DNA of 64,000 nucleotides from the NCBI GenBank assembly GCA_963708295.1, contig CAVPSJ010000004.1, forward strand, positions 672,001 to 736,000, in the 5' to 3' direction. This DNA comes from an uncultured delta proteobacterium. GTDB lineage: Bacteria > Desulfobacterota > BSN033 > UBA1163. Both the position numbers and the translations under genes were made by a program. The notes under the pieces were generated by a model. That model ran no database searches. It had not been told where the DNA came from and saw nothing but the letters and a program-made list of their open reading frames with translations. The number at the start of each line of letters is the position of its first letter. Position 1 is the stretch's first letter. Shown here one piece after another: positions 1 to 9,745 of this stretch.

Positions 1-318
1 CTCGCCACCAAGGAGGCCTTTACTCACTTTGAGGAGTTAGGAGTGAAAGGAGGAGCCATCCTGATCAATGGAAAAGTGGAGGCCTTTACTCTGGGAGATC
101 CACTTAATCCGGAAACGATCGTCATTCACATTGAAAAGGCAAATCCCGCTTATGATGGACTCTATCCTACGATCAATCAGGCTTTCTTGAAACACGAAGG
201 GTCAGGGTTTACTTATGTCAATCGAGAACAGGACTTGGGGGAAGAAGGCTTGAGGAAGGCAAAGGAATCTTATTTCCCCCTTCACATGATCAATAAGTAT
301 ACGATTTCGTTTGAATAA
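1..318 (+). CDS. DUF2156 / phosphatidylglycerol lysyltransferase-like GNAT protein, C-terminal part (5' outside window)
   Basis: Frame is open from base 1; motifs HIEKA, GLYPTINQ and VNREQDLGEEGLRKAKESY. Confidence 0.85.
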   Translation, partial: LATKEAFTHFEELGVKGGAILINGKVEAFTLGDPLNPETIVIHIEKANPAYDGLYPTINQAFLKHEGSGFTYVNREQDLGEEGLRKAKESYFPLHMINKYTISFE

Positions 319-334
319 AAGAAAGGAGAAGGAT

Positions 335-682
335 ATGCCGGAAAAAGAATTCTTACCGTATTCTTACAAACGTTTTAAGAAAGAATTTCCAGGGTTAGAA
401 AGGGAATATGATCGTCTTGCCAAGAAATGCCACGCCTCCGGGCCCCTGAATGAAAAGACGCGGAGGTTGATCAAGCTGGGAATTGCCATCGGTTCGGAAT
501 CCGAGGGGGCCATCAAATCCCATGCCCGAAGAGCCATGGCCATCGGTATTACTCCAAAAGAGATTCGCCATGCCGCCCTTTTGGGGTTGACCACCATTGG
601 ATTTCCGAAAATGATCGCTGCATTGAATTGGATTCATCAGGCTTTTGAAGAAGGTCCCCTGAAGCACAGAAGGGGCGACTAG
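335..682 (+). CDS. carboxymuconolactone decarboxylase / AhpD-like protein (no CxxC)
   Basis: GPLNEKTRRLIKLGIAIG...SHARRA..GITPKEIRHA; SD GGAGAAGG before ATG 335. Confidence 0.8.
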   Translation: MPEKEFLPYSYKRFKKEFPGLEREYDRLAKKCHASGPLNEKTRRLIKLGIAIGSESEGAIKSHARRAMAIGITPKEIRHAALLGLTTIGFPKMIAALNWIHQAFEEGPLKHRRGD

Positions 683-734
683 AGAAGCCCTGCCGAGATA
701 GGTTATTATTCTGGAGAGAGAAAGGATTCCAAGA

Positions 735-947
735 ATGGGAGAGAGAAAAGGCTGGAGAGTCAAAACCTTTACGACCGAGATAAAAATTTTTCAGACGATA
801 AAGGAGTTGGAGACCCTGGATGAAAAGGTAAATCGTTTCATCGCAGACAACAAGGTGAAAAAAGTTGTCTCGGTCAATGACACGACCACCGCAGACAATA
901 CTGGCGCGACGATTGGATTGATCCGTGTTTTGACTTACGAAATATAG
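735..947 (+). CDS. small hypothetical protein
   Basis: 70-aa ORF (VKTF...LDEKVNRFI...VVSVND) co-oriented with its neighbours. Confidence 0.65.
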   Translation: MGERKGWRVKTFTTEIKIFQTIKELETLDEKVNRFIADNKVKKVVSVNDTTTADNTGATIGLIRVLTYEI

Positions 948-1021
948 AAAAGAGACGGTGTTGTCAGCGCTCAAGAGAAACAGCCTGTCAAGATTTGAAG
1001 TCTTCATTTGGAGAAAAACCT

Positions 1022-1276
1022 ATGATCCAATGGGAATACCACATTACCGTTCATGAGCTGCCGGAAAGACAAGCCTCCATGCAGAAACCTACGATTGAAT
1101 GCGATCAGGACGGTCTCTGTTTTGTCCACGATGTCTTTCTGGGAGGCGTTGAATGGCTGGAGAATCTCTTTCGTGAGAAAGGGAAAGAAGGCTGGGAATT
1201 GGTCCAATCGGGATACCATAACAGGGAACTTCTTTGTATATGGAAGAAGAAAAAAGAAGCCGGAAAGAAGGGCTGA
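1022..1276 (+). CDS. DUF4177-like small protein
   Basis: QWEY...GKEGWELVQ...CIWKK pattern; SD GGAG before ATG 1022. Confidence 0.65.
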   Translation: MIQWEYHITVHELPERQASMQKPTIECDQDGLCFVHDVFLGGVEWLENLFREKGKEGWELVQSGYHNRELLCIWKKKKEAGKKG

Positions 1277-2406
1277 GAAGATTTATCCTCTCTCAAATTG
1301 AAGAGAGAGGTCCGATCCCCTTCTCTCAATTTATGGAATGGTGTCTCTACCATCCCGAGGAGGGTTATTACCAGACAGAAAGGACGAGGATCGGAAGGGA
1401 CGGCGATTTTTATACCAGCCCAAGTGTTCATCCCCTATTTGGAGGCTTGATCGCTAAGCAACTCTCTCAGATGTCAGAGCAATTGGACGGGGGACATTTT
1501 GATGTCGTCGAGCAAGGGGGGGGCAAAGGGTTTCTCTGTGAGGATATCCTCCAATGGGCGAAGAAGAAAGCCCCCGCCTTCTACCAGCGGCTCCGCTATC
1601 ATCTCATCGAAAGGTCTCCCCACTTATTAAAGGAGCAGAAAGAAAGACTCGGAGAACACGAAAAGGAAGGAAAGGTCTTCTGGACAGACCCGGAGGGCTT
1701 CGAGCGAGGAGAAGTGGTCATAGACGGTTGCTTTCTTTCCAACGAGCTGGTGGATGCCTTTCCTGTGCACCAGGTCATTTTCGATCGCGGTATTCTAAAA
1801 GAGGTCTACGTCACACAAGACCACGGCCAACTGAAAGAAATATGGGGAGAACTCTCGGATCCAAGGATCGCTTCTTATTTCCAATCCAATGACGTTGCTC
1901 TCCAGGAAGGCCAGCGGGCGGAGGTGAACCTGAAGGCCTTGGACTGGGTCGAAAAGGTGGCCCGGTGTTTGAAGAAAGGGTTTGTCCTGACCATTGATTA
2001 CGGCTATCTCGCGAAAGAACTCTATGCTTCTTATCGAAGGGAGGGAACGCTTCTCTGTTATTATCAGCATCGAACTTCAGAAAACCCCTATGAGAGACTG
2101 GGAGAACAGGACATGACCTCGCATGTCAACTTCTCCAGCCTGATACAAAAGGGAGAGGAGGTCGGCCTCCATCTGACCGGCCTCGTCCCCCAATATCAAT
2201 TCCTCCTCGCGCTGGGCCTCCTCCAGGAAATAGAGTCCCTGGAAAAAGGGTTGTCTGAAATGGATGCACTTCGAATGAGACTCTCCGTGAAGCATTTGAT
2301 TGAGCCGGAGATCGGGATGGGCGAAGTTTTCAAAGTACTGATCCAAAACAAGGGGACGGATTATTTTCAATTGGATGGGTTAAGAGATCTTGGCTCAATT
2401 CCTTAG
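1240..2406 (+). CDS. SAM-dependent methyltransferase, MidA/NDUFAF7 family
   Basis: FMEWCLYHPEEGYY, GDFYTSP, SNELVDAFP, IDYG, GEQDMTSHVNF, MGEVFKVL. Confidence 0.9.
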   Translation: MEEEKRSRKEGLRRFILSQIEERGPIPFSQFMEWCLYHPEEGYYQTERTRIGRDGDFYTSPSVHPLFGGLIAKQLSQMSEQLDGGHFDVVEQGGGKGFLCEDILQWAKKKAPAFYQRLRYHLIERSPHLLKEQKERLGEHEKEGKVFWTDPEGFERGEVVIDGCFLSNELVDAFPVHQVIFDRGILKEVYVTQDHGQLKEIWGELSDPRIASYFQSNDVALQEGQRAEVNLKALDWVEKVARCLKKGFVLTIDYGYLAKELYASYRREGTLLCYYQHRTSENPYERLGEQDMTSHVNFSSLIQKGEEVGLHLTGLVPQYQFLLALGLLQEIESLEKGLSEMDALRMRLSVKHLIEPEIGMGEVFKVLIQNKGTDYFQLDGLRDLGSIP

Positions 2407-2438
2407 CGTACTTCGCCTCACCCCTCCCTCTCTCTATT

Positions 2439-2575
2439 GAGATTGTTTCGTAATGATAATGGAGGGTGGACATGGGTGGTACAGGCAGTCAGGTTCCTCA
2501 GCTCTAGAATGCGGTCCGACCGCCTGCACCGTTTTAGAACGGAAGTGGTTTTTCGTTAATTTATGAAACAGTTCC
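2439..2575 (-). mobile_element. MITE family A, internally deleted copy, inserted in a GC-rich palindrome
   Basis: Imperfect 15-bp TIRs (GAGATTGTTTCGTAA / TTATGAAACAGTTCC); reverse complement matches both ends of 16894-17130. Confidence 0.7.
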
Positions 2576-2613
2576 CTGGGACGGCAGGAGAGCGGAGGGG
2601 ATCAGGAGGCTCA

Positions 2614-3201
2614 ATGAAGGTTCTAGGAATTTTCGGCAGCCCACGAAGGGGAGGCAACACAGAGATTCTCTTGGAAGAGGCCCTTAAGGGCGCCGAGAAA
2701 GAAGGAGCCCAGGTAGAGCGCCTTTATCTCAGCGACGTCACCATCGCTCCCTGCAAAGAATGCCACGGATGTGACGCCACTGGAAACTGTGTCATTCTGG
2801 ACGATATGCAGAAAATCTATCCCAAACTGCTGGAGGCAGACGTTGTGATTTTCGCCTCACCGATCTTTTTCTACGGCGTCACCGCCTGGGCCAAGGCCCT
2901 GATTGATCGAACTCAACCCCTCTGGGTAAGAAAATATCTTCTCAAAGATCCTTCCTTGGGAAAAGGAGGAAAAAGACGGATCGGGTTCTTTATCTCTGTC
3001 GGAGCGACAAAAGGACCGAAAGTTTTCGACGGGGCCGTTCTCACGGTAAAGTATTTCTTCGATGTGCTCAACGCGGAATATGTGGGCGACCTGGTTTTTC
3101 GGGGCGTGGAAGCAAAGGGAGATATCCTCAAACACCCGGAGGCACTTCAACAGGCCCTTGAGGCCGGAAAGAGGCTGGTTTCGGACCTGAAGAAGAGGTG
3201 A
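2614..3201 (+). CDS. iron-sulfur flavoprotein / flavodoxin family (NAD(P)H-dependent FMN reductase)
   Basis: GSPRRGGNT, CKECHGC-x5-C, ASPIFF, KALIDR. Confidence 0.88.
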   Translation: MKVLGIFGSPRRGGNTEILLEEALKGAEKEGAQVERLYLSDVTIAPCKECHGCDATGNCVILDDMQKIYPKLLEADVVIFASPIFFYGVTAWAKALIDRTQPLWVRKYLLKDPSLGKGGKRRIGFFISVGATKGPKVFDGAVLTVKYFFDVLNAEYVGDLVFRGVEAKGDILKHPEALQQALEAGKRLVSDLKKR

Positions 3202-3227
3202 GGAGATGAATAGAGGGGGTGAGACTC

Positions 3228-3413
3228 ATGACACAATGGAAATGCGCAAACTGCGGTTACACCTTTGGGGCCGATACCGTGCCCGAACAATGCCCTTCCT
3301 GCAAACAGACCTGTACGTTTAGTGATGTGACGTGCTACATTCCGGATTGTGGGGGACCGGGCAATATCGACCCGAGACTCGCGGGGAAGAAGGACAAGCC
3401 TGCCAATGAATAA
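3228..3413 (+). CDS. rubredoxin-like small Cys-rich protein
   Basis: WKCANCGY...CPSCK..C...DVTCYIPDCGG; SD GAGGGGG. Confidence 0.8.
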   Translation: MTQWKCANCGYTFGADTVPEQCPSCKQTCTFSDVTCYIPDCGGPGNIDPRLAGKKDKPANE

Positions 3414-3492
3414 CGGTTTCGCGAAGGCTGAAAAACGCATGAATGATTTGCCTTATCATATTTGAAGAGAGAGAAAGTAGGAGGTGAAAGAA

Positions 3493-4014
3493 ATGCGCCT
3501 GAAAGGAAAGAAAATACTTCTCCTTGCGGAGAATAACTATGAGGATTTGGAACTGTGGGTTCCTTATTATCGATTGAAAGAGGAAGGGGCAGAGGTCACG
3601 ATCGTGGGGACGGGAAGCAGCCAGACCTACACCAGCAAACATGGCTATCCCGTGCAAGTAAATAAAGAGGCGAAAGAGATCGATACAACTAAATATGACG
3701 GCGTCGTGATCCCGGGGGGGTACGCCCCGGACCTGATGAGGCGTTATCCGGAGATGGTCCGGATTGTCAGGGAGGCCAACCAGAAGGGAAAGGTGATCGC
3801 TGCCATCTGTCATGCGGGGTGGATGCTGGCTTCTGCTGGAATTTTGAAAGGAAAGAAAGCGACGGGTTTTTTCGCCATCAAAGATGACCTGGTCAATGCC
3901 GGAGCCAATTATGTGGATCAGGAGGTTGTCCGAGACGGAAACCTGATCACTTCAAGGAAGCCCGACGATTTGCCCGCGTTCTGCAGAGAGATCATCGAGG
4001 CTTTCGCAAAATAG
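3493..4014 (+). CDS. pfpI: PfpI/DJ-1 family (type 1 glutamine amidotransferase-like) protein
   Basis: YEDLEL, IPGGYAPD, AAICHAG, DGNLITSRKPDDL. Confidence 0.9.
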   Translation: MRLKGKKILLLAENNYEDLELWVPYYRLKEEGAEVTIVGTGSSQTYTSKHGYPVQVNKEAKEIDTTKYDGVVIPGGYAPDLMRRYPEMVRIVREANQKGKVIAAICHAGWMLASAGILKGKKATGFFAIKDDLVNAGANYVDQEVVRDGNLITSRKPDDLPAFCREIIEAFAK

Positions 4015-4038
4015 CATTGGGAATGAAAGGAGACCGGA

Positions 4039-4665
4039 ATGGAGAGTGGCAAAAAAGAAACCCTGACGTGCCAGCATTGCGGTGCAGAGGCAGACATGAC
4101 GCTCCAGGGCCTTGAGAGTGTGGCGGAGGTGATCCAAAGGGAGAAGAAACTTCTCTGCAAAACCTGTGGGAAGGAGGTTCCGTGGACAAAGAGGGAGGAT
4201 ATTGAAATAGTTAAAACAGCCATGGGAGCAGAAAAGGACGCCTACCAGGCCTATTCGAAAGCGGCGAAGCAGACAAGAAATCCAAAGGGGAGGGATATGT
4301 TTCAACAGCTTTCTGAATTCGAAATGAATCATTACCAGAAGCTGAAAGAACTCCTCAAATCGCTTCAGGAGAAAGGAGAGTGGATCCTCTACGAAGGAAC
4401 CTCTCTCAAGAAGAAAACCATTTCCCTGAAGACGCAGAAGTCCAAAGGCCAGGAGCAATTGACGGATATGGACGCTTTGAAAATAGCCCTTCGAGAAGAG
4501 AAAAAAGCTCAGGCCCACTATCGAGCCATGGCTGAGTTGACGAAGGATCCCCGGGGAAGGGATATGTATAAACGATTGGCCAACGAAGAGGCTCTCCACG
4601 AGAAGTTGTTGAATGATCAATTTTATAGCCTTCACAACACAGGGATATGGAGCTGGGGAGACTAG
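4039..4665 (+). CDS. rubrerythrin/ferritin-like protein with N-terminal zinc ribbon
   Basis: CQHC...CKTC, then two E..ExxH units (EFEMNH, EEALH). Confidence 0.8.
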   Translation: MESGKKETLTCQHCGAEADMTLQGLESVAEVIQREKKLLCKTCGKEVPWTKREDIEIVKTAMGAEKDAYQAYSKAAKQTRNPKGRDMFQQLSEFEMNHYQKLKELLKSLQEKGEWILYEGTSLKKKTISLKTQKSKGQEQLTDMDALKIALREEKKAQAHYRAMAELTKDPRGRDMYKRLANEEALHEKLLNDQFYSLHNTGIWSWGD

Positions 4666-4780
4666 ATCGAATGCGGATTGCGCAATGCGGAATTTCGAGT
4701 GGGGACGCAGACTGAAGAATCCCTGAATAGATTATTTGGCTATGCGCTAGGCGCTCTGCGCTTTGCGGTCTGGGTGAAAG

Positions 4781-6889
4781 ATGGAAGAGAAAGAGAAGAA
4801 GTTCGAAGGCAAATCAAAGATCATTGTCAACATCGATAACATCCACTGCGGCGATTGTGCCCTGAATATCGAACGCTCGGTGGAACATGTCCCCGGCGTC
4901 CTCTCGGCAGAGGTCAGTTATGTCCTTTCCGCGGCCACCATCTATTATGACCCTCACCGGGTAGAAGAAGACCGGATCAAAAAGGCGATTACCAAGCCCG
5001 GTTATGCGGTCAAAGAGACTCTTGCAGAAAGAACCCGGTCTTTCTGGAGGGCAAGAAGATCTTTCATCTTCCTGAGCCTCTCCGGAATGACCCTTGGCCT
5101 CTCCTGGATTTTCCAGTGGATCGGCCTGGGGGGCCCTTCGCTCCCAATTGTTTTTGCCATCGCCTCCCTTATCCTCGGAGGTTATCCCATCCTGAAGAGT
5201 GCCATCCAGACACTCCTTATTCCGGATTTAAACGTGGACACCCTCGTCTCCATCGCCGCCATTTCAGCCACGGCCGTGGGTGCCTATCAAGAAGCGGCAA
5301 CCGTCATCTTCATTATGCTCCTGGGTGAGTTCCTGGAAGGGTTCACGGTGGGAAAAACTCGCAAGGCCATTGCTTCCCTCATTCAGCTCTCTCCGAAAAA
5401 GGCATGGGTAAGGCGGGGAGAGGAAGAAATACAAGTCCCCATTGAGGACGTAAAACCAAACGAGGTGGTGATTGTGAAGCCGGGGGAGAGGATCCCTGTG
5501 GACGGGAAAATTGTCTCCGGTTGTGGCTCTGTCAATCAGTCCACCCTGACGGGAGAATCGATTCCCGTCGAAAAAGAGGTCGGGGATAAGGTTTACTGCG
5601 GCACCTTCAATGAAACCGGCTCTTGCGAAATAGAGGCGACACAGGTGGCTGAGGATACAAAACTGGCGCAGATTAAACGTTTGATCTTGGAAGCCCAGGC
5701 AGAAAAATCCCCTACCCAGAGGATTATGGACCGCTTCTCGCGATATTTTATCCCGGCGATCATCCTGATTGCTTTGGCCACGTTCATGATCACAGGGGAG
5801 ATCATTCGGGCGATCACCATCCTCATCGTGGCCTGCCCGTGTGCACTCGTCTTGGGAACCCCGACCGCTGTGGTCGCGGCCATTGGAAATGCAGCCCGGC
5901 AGGGGATCTTGATCAAAGGAGGAGTCTATCTGGAACAGATGGGGAAATTAAAGACCCTTCTCATGGACAAAACCGGAACCTTGACATACGGAAGGCCAAA
6001 AGTGGTAGAGATAAGTCCTTTAAATGGAACGGAGGAGAAGGAAGTCCTTTATTGGGCTGCGATTGCGGAGAAACGTTCTGAACATCCTTTAGCGAGAGCC
6101 ATCACAGAGAAAGCAGAAGAGTTGGGTCTGAGCGTCCCTCATCCCCAGTCCTTCGAAGATTTTAGAGGGAAAGGCGTGAAGGTCCAGTGGAACTCCAAGA
6201 CCGTGATCGTGGGTAGTTCCGAAATGCTGGAAAGCGAAGGGGTTGAAATTCCGGAATCGGCAAAAGGGTTGTTGGAGTTGAAGCAATCAGAAGGGATGAC
6301 GTCCCTCCTCATCACGTTGGATCGTCGTCTTCTGGGAATCATTTCCATTGCCGATACATTGAGGGAAGGAGCCAGGGACGCTATCGATAAGATCCGGGAG
6401 CAAGGGGTATCGGAAATCTGGATGCTTACGGGTGACAGTGTCCTCGTCGCTGACCGCATTGGAAAAGAGTTGGGGATAAGGTATGAAGCGAAACTTCTTC
6501 CCGAAGAGAAGGTGCTGAGGGTGAAGGAGTGGAAGAAGCAAGGTCAAGTGGTGGCTATGGTCGGTGACGGGGTGAATGACGCCCCGGCCCTCGCCGCTGC
6601 CGACATCGGTATCGCCATGGGAGCAGTGGGAACGGATGTGGCCATTGAAACAGCCGACATTGCTTTGATGGCTGATGATCTCGGGAAGATTCCCACTGTC
6701 GTTCGACTCTCCCGGAAAGCCCTCCGGGTGATCAAAGAAAATCTTGTTTTTGCGCTTGTATTTAATTCCATCATGGTCATTCTCTCGGCCGAGGGATGGG
6801 TGACCATGATCCTGGGAGCGGTCATGCACCAGGCCAGTTCCCTCCTTGTCATCCTCAGCTCGATGCGCTTGCTAAGAAGAAATCTCTGA
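4781..6889 (+). CDS. heavy-metal translocating P1B-type ATPase
   Basis: HMA motif [31 protein letters not shown]. Confidence 0.95.
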   Translation: MEEKEKKFEGKSKIIVNIDNIHCGDCALNIERSVEHVPGVLSAEVSYVLSAATIYYDPHRVEEDRIKKAITKPGYAVKETLAERTRSFWRARRSFIFLSLSGMTLGLSWIFQWIGLGGPSLPIVFAIASLILGGYPILKSAIQTLLIPDLNVDTLVSIAAISATAVGAYQEAATVIFIMLLGEFLEGFTVGKTRKAIASLIQLSPKKAWVRRGEEEIQVPIEDVKPNEVVIVKPGERIPVDGKIVSGCGSVNQSTLTGESIPVEKEVGDKVYCGTFNETGSCEIEATQVAEDTKLAQIKRLILEAQAEKSPTQRIMDRFSRYFIPAIILIALATFMITGEIIRAITILIVACPCALVLGTPTAVVAAIGNAARQGILIKGGVYLEQMGKLKTLLMDKTGTLTYGRPKVVEISPLNGTEEKEVLYWAAIAEKRSEHPLARAITEKAEELGLSVPHPQSFEDFRGKGVKVQWNSKTVIVGSSEMLESEGVEIPESAKGLLELKQSEGMTSLLITLDRRLLGIISIADTLREGARDAIDKIREQGVSEIWMLTGDSVLVADRIGKELGIRYEAKLLPEEKVLRVKEWKKQGQVVAMVGDGVNDAPALAAADIGIAMGAVGTDVAIETADIALMADDLGKIPTVVRLSRKALRVIKENLVFALVFNSIMVILSAEGWVTMILGAVMHQASSLLVILSSMRLLRRNL

Positions 6890-6989
6890 TCTCCACGAGA
6901 TGAAGAGTCTCAGGGTTAAAGCCTCAAAGCCAGGGACCCTAGGAACAAAGGATGGTGTCGAAAAAATACGTCTTTAAAGGGGGAAAACA

Positions 6990-7607
6990 ATGGAGAAGGA
7001 TATAACCGCCGATAAGCTGGCGATCCGGGAGACCGTAGAGAACTGGGCAGTGTGGCGAGACGCCGGCGATTGGGAGCGCTTTGCGACTGTCTGGCATTCG
7101 GACGGGTGGATGACAGCCACCTGGTTTCAGGGGCCGGCAGAGAAATTCATCGAAGTGAGCCGCGAAGGGTTCAACAAGGGGGTCAACATCCTGCACTTCC
7201 TGGGCGGCTGGACGTGCGAGATTGTTGGAAACCGTGCGATCTCGCAGACCAAGATGACGATCAACCAGCGCGCGCCTGTGGAGGGTGTTCTGGTCGACGT
7301 CGTCTGCACCGGACGCTTTTACGACTTTTTCGAGAAGCGTAAAGGGCGCTGGGGCATTGTCCGGCGGCAGCCGATCTATGAAAAAGACCGGCTTGACCCG
7401 GTCGACCCGTCCGCCGTTCTGAAGCTCGACGCGGATTTGCTCGCACGCTTTCCCGAAGGGTATTGTCACCTCGCCTATCTGCAGTCGAAGAACGGATTCA
7501 AGGTCAAAACCGGTCTCCCCGGCTTGCGGGGCCCCGTCGTGGAGAAGGTTTACGCCGAAGGCAAGGCCTGGCTTGAGGGCTCGACTCGACCCGGCGAGCC
7601 GGTGTAA
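6990..7607 (+). CDS. SnoaL/NTF2-like protein (PEP2-like)
   Basis: WAVWRDAGDW, CTGRFYDFFE, QPIYEKDR, YCHLAYLQ; visibly GC-richer than neighbours. Confidence 0.75.
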   Translation: MEKDITADKLAIRETVENWAVWRDAGDWERFATVWHSDGWMTATWFQGPAEKFIEVSREGFNKGVNILHFLGGWTCEIVGNRAISQTKMTINQRAPVEGVLVDVVCTGRFYDFFEKRKGRWGIVRRQPIYEKDRLDPVDPSAVLKLDADLLARFPEGYCHLAYLQSKNGFKVKTGLPGLRGPVVEKVYAEGKAWLEGSTRPGEPV

Positions 7608-7702
7608 GTGTTTTATTCCCAGGCCTGGCCTTCTAAAGCCTGGGAGAGGGTTTGCTCAGACCTTTTTGAGAACCGGGGGACCGGTCCAATACGAAAATTG
7701 CC

Positions 7703-7731
7703 TTGACCAGATGGATACCATTTCGTAAAAT
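7703..7731 (+). promoter_or_regulatory. sigma70-type promoter
   Basis: TTGACC-N17-TAAAAT upstream of the ferritin-like gene. Confidence 0.55.
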
Positions 7732-7783
7732 TGCACGGAGTGCGGGAAGAAGAAGGGAAAGAGGGTAAAGAGGAGGAGCGTTG

Positions 7784-8230
7784 ATGGACAAGAAACAATT
7801 TGAAGAGATGATTAGCTTTGCCATTCACAGAGAGATCGAATCGATGGATTTTTATAAGAAAGCAAGCGCCATGGTAAAACACTCAGGAACCAGGGATCTC
7901 TTTTTGGATTTCGTGAAGCAGGAAGAGGGACACAAGACAAAGCTCGAACAGGTGCTGGCAGGAAAAATCGTATTGGGAAAGATCGAGAAGATTCCTAACC
8001 TCAAGATCAGTGATTATACCGTTGAGGCAGAATTAAAACCTGATATCTCTTATGGCGATATCCTCCGAATCGCCATGAAGAGAGAAGAACGTTCGGTGAA
8101 ACTCTACACCGATTTAAATGAGAAGAACGAGGACCAGGCTTTAAAAACCCTCTTCAGCTTTCTGATTCAGGAGGAGAGCAAACACAAATATTACATTGAA
8201 AAGATTTACGATGACGAAATATTGAAATAG
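7784..8230 (+). CDS. rubrerythrin/ferritin-like protein
   Basis: AIHREIES..FY, EEGH, AMKREE, EESKH; SD GAGGAGG. Confidence 0.85.
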   Translation: MDKKQFEEMISFAIHREIESMDFYKKASAMVKHSGTRDLFLDFVKQEEGHKTKLEQVLAGKIVLGKIEKIPNLKISDYTVEAELKPDISYGDILRIAMKREERSVKLYTDLNEKNEDQALKTLFSFLIQEESKHKYYIEKIYDDEILK

Positions 8231-8306
8231 TGGAAATAGATCTTAAACCCTATGCGCTGAGCCCCATGCCGCCTTCTTTGATTTCAAGGGACCATAGGAG
8301 AGAGAG

Positions 8307-8465
8307 ATGGAAAAATGGAAATGCAAGGTTTGCGGTTATATTTACGATCCCGAGGAGGGCGATCCTGACGGGGATATCCCTCCGGGCACACCCTTTAGTA
8401 AACTCCCCGACACTTGGGTCTGCCCAATGTGCGGCGCTCCCAAGGATATGTTTGAAAAAGAATAA
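8307..8465 (+). CDS. rubredoxin (52 aa; below the ORF-track cutoff)
   Basis: [52 protein letters not shown]; SD AGGAG. Confidence 0.95.
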   Translation: MEKWKCKVCGYIYDPEEGDPDGDIPPGTPFSKLPDTWVCPMCGAPKDMFEKE

Positions 8466-8652
8466 CCTTAAGCTCTGTTTCAGGCGATTTCCTCTCTGGT
8501 GTCTGATCTCGTCCCGATTCGCAGAGTCTTCCTGCATTCATTCCAGACGGAGAAGTTCTGTCGGAGCCTTGATCCCGTATACCCCAACGCGGGCCCTATG
8601 AAACCTCGGAGGGGATTCACCCGGGTGGCGAACAAGAAAAAACGGAAGGTGG

Positions 8653-9592
8653 TTAGAAGAAGTTATGAAAGAGCCTCCACTCGTGAGCATAGAGGTCATT
8701 GAGGAGAGGGACAACGTTAGGATCATCTAAGCGTTGGTAGCCGAGCCACTGGCGGACGTGGGTCCAGTTTTTTTGTTCGACATGAGCGTTGTCGTCTTTG
8801 TGGTAGGCTCGGGAGCGAGTAAACTGGACGGGGCGTTTTCTTTGTGCGAAATGTTTGAGGAGGTGATAATTGAGGAACTCGCCGCCGTTATCGGAATCGA
8901 AGCCGAGTAAGGGGAAGGGCAAAGCGCTTGTTCGATCTGTTTGATCTGCTCGAGGACATCGGTTTCTCCTTTTCCCCAGACGGCTCGTTGTTCAGACCAG
9001 CCGGTGGCAATATCGACGCAATCGATGGTATAGGCGAACATCCCGGAGAGGGACTCTGGCCGCAATGGGCGACGGTGTCGGCTTCGAGAAACCCGGGGCG
9101 AGATTCGTCCCATTGGTTGGTTTTGATGGGGATATGTTTTCTAATCAGGGTTCCAGGTTTGGTGGTGGATCTGCCTCGTTTTTTATATTGGATCCGAGTA
9201 GGAAGAAGGAGGCGGTCGATCGTGGAGGCAGAGATTTTCAGGAGGGCCTCAGAGGCCTCTGAAGGCAGAGGTCCAAAGGATTGGACATAACCGGGGAGCC
9301 AGAGAGGGAGAATGACTTTGAGGCGTTTTGAGCAGGGGAGATTGGCAGCGAGCCAGATTTTTTTTAGGGGTTTGAGGACGATGTTTCGGTGATAAACCGG
9401 AGATCTGCCTCGCTTTCTCACTTTGGGTTTTACAAAGCGTCTAAATCTTCGGAGTAATCGGATCGCATGCTTTCGGTGATATCCGCAAGTCGCACAGAAT
9501 TCGTCGAGGATGAGGGTTCTTTCCTTACAAGACGCTTTTTTGTACCGTAAAAAAATGGCTTCGACATATTCTTTTTTTGATCGTGGACTCAT
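8653..9592 (-). pseudogene. transposase, frameshifted twice and 3'-truncated
   Basis: Frameshifts near 9058 and 8922; stops abruptly at FHNFF. Confidence 0.8.
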
Positions 9593-9620
9593 AAGCAGCT
9601 CTCCTTTGGGGCCCCTTTAT

Positions 9621-9690
9621 CGGGTAACATCCATTATGAGTCAACGATCCCTTTTCAATCATGCTTCGGGTAACATTTTTTATGAGGCAA
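9621..9690. repeat. two 24-bp direct repeats at the IS left end
   Basis: CGGGTAACATCCATTATGAGTCAA and CGGGTAACATTTTTTATGAGGCAA, 46 bp apart. Confidence 0.8.
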
Positions 9691-9745
9691 TTCGCGGAGT
9701 CCCCACGCTCTTGATTTTCATAGAATCTCATTTCATAATAAGTCG

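Larger units (their letters stand above)
8653..9690 (-). mobile_element. truncated IS with rve/DDE integrase-type transposase (ISNCY/IS481-like)
   Basis: Transposase 9592->8653 in three frames (EADTVAHCG, DIATGW, DSDNGGEF, DNAHVEQKN); subterminal repeats at 9621 and 9667; 3' end missing. Confidence 0.85.
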
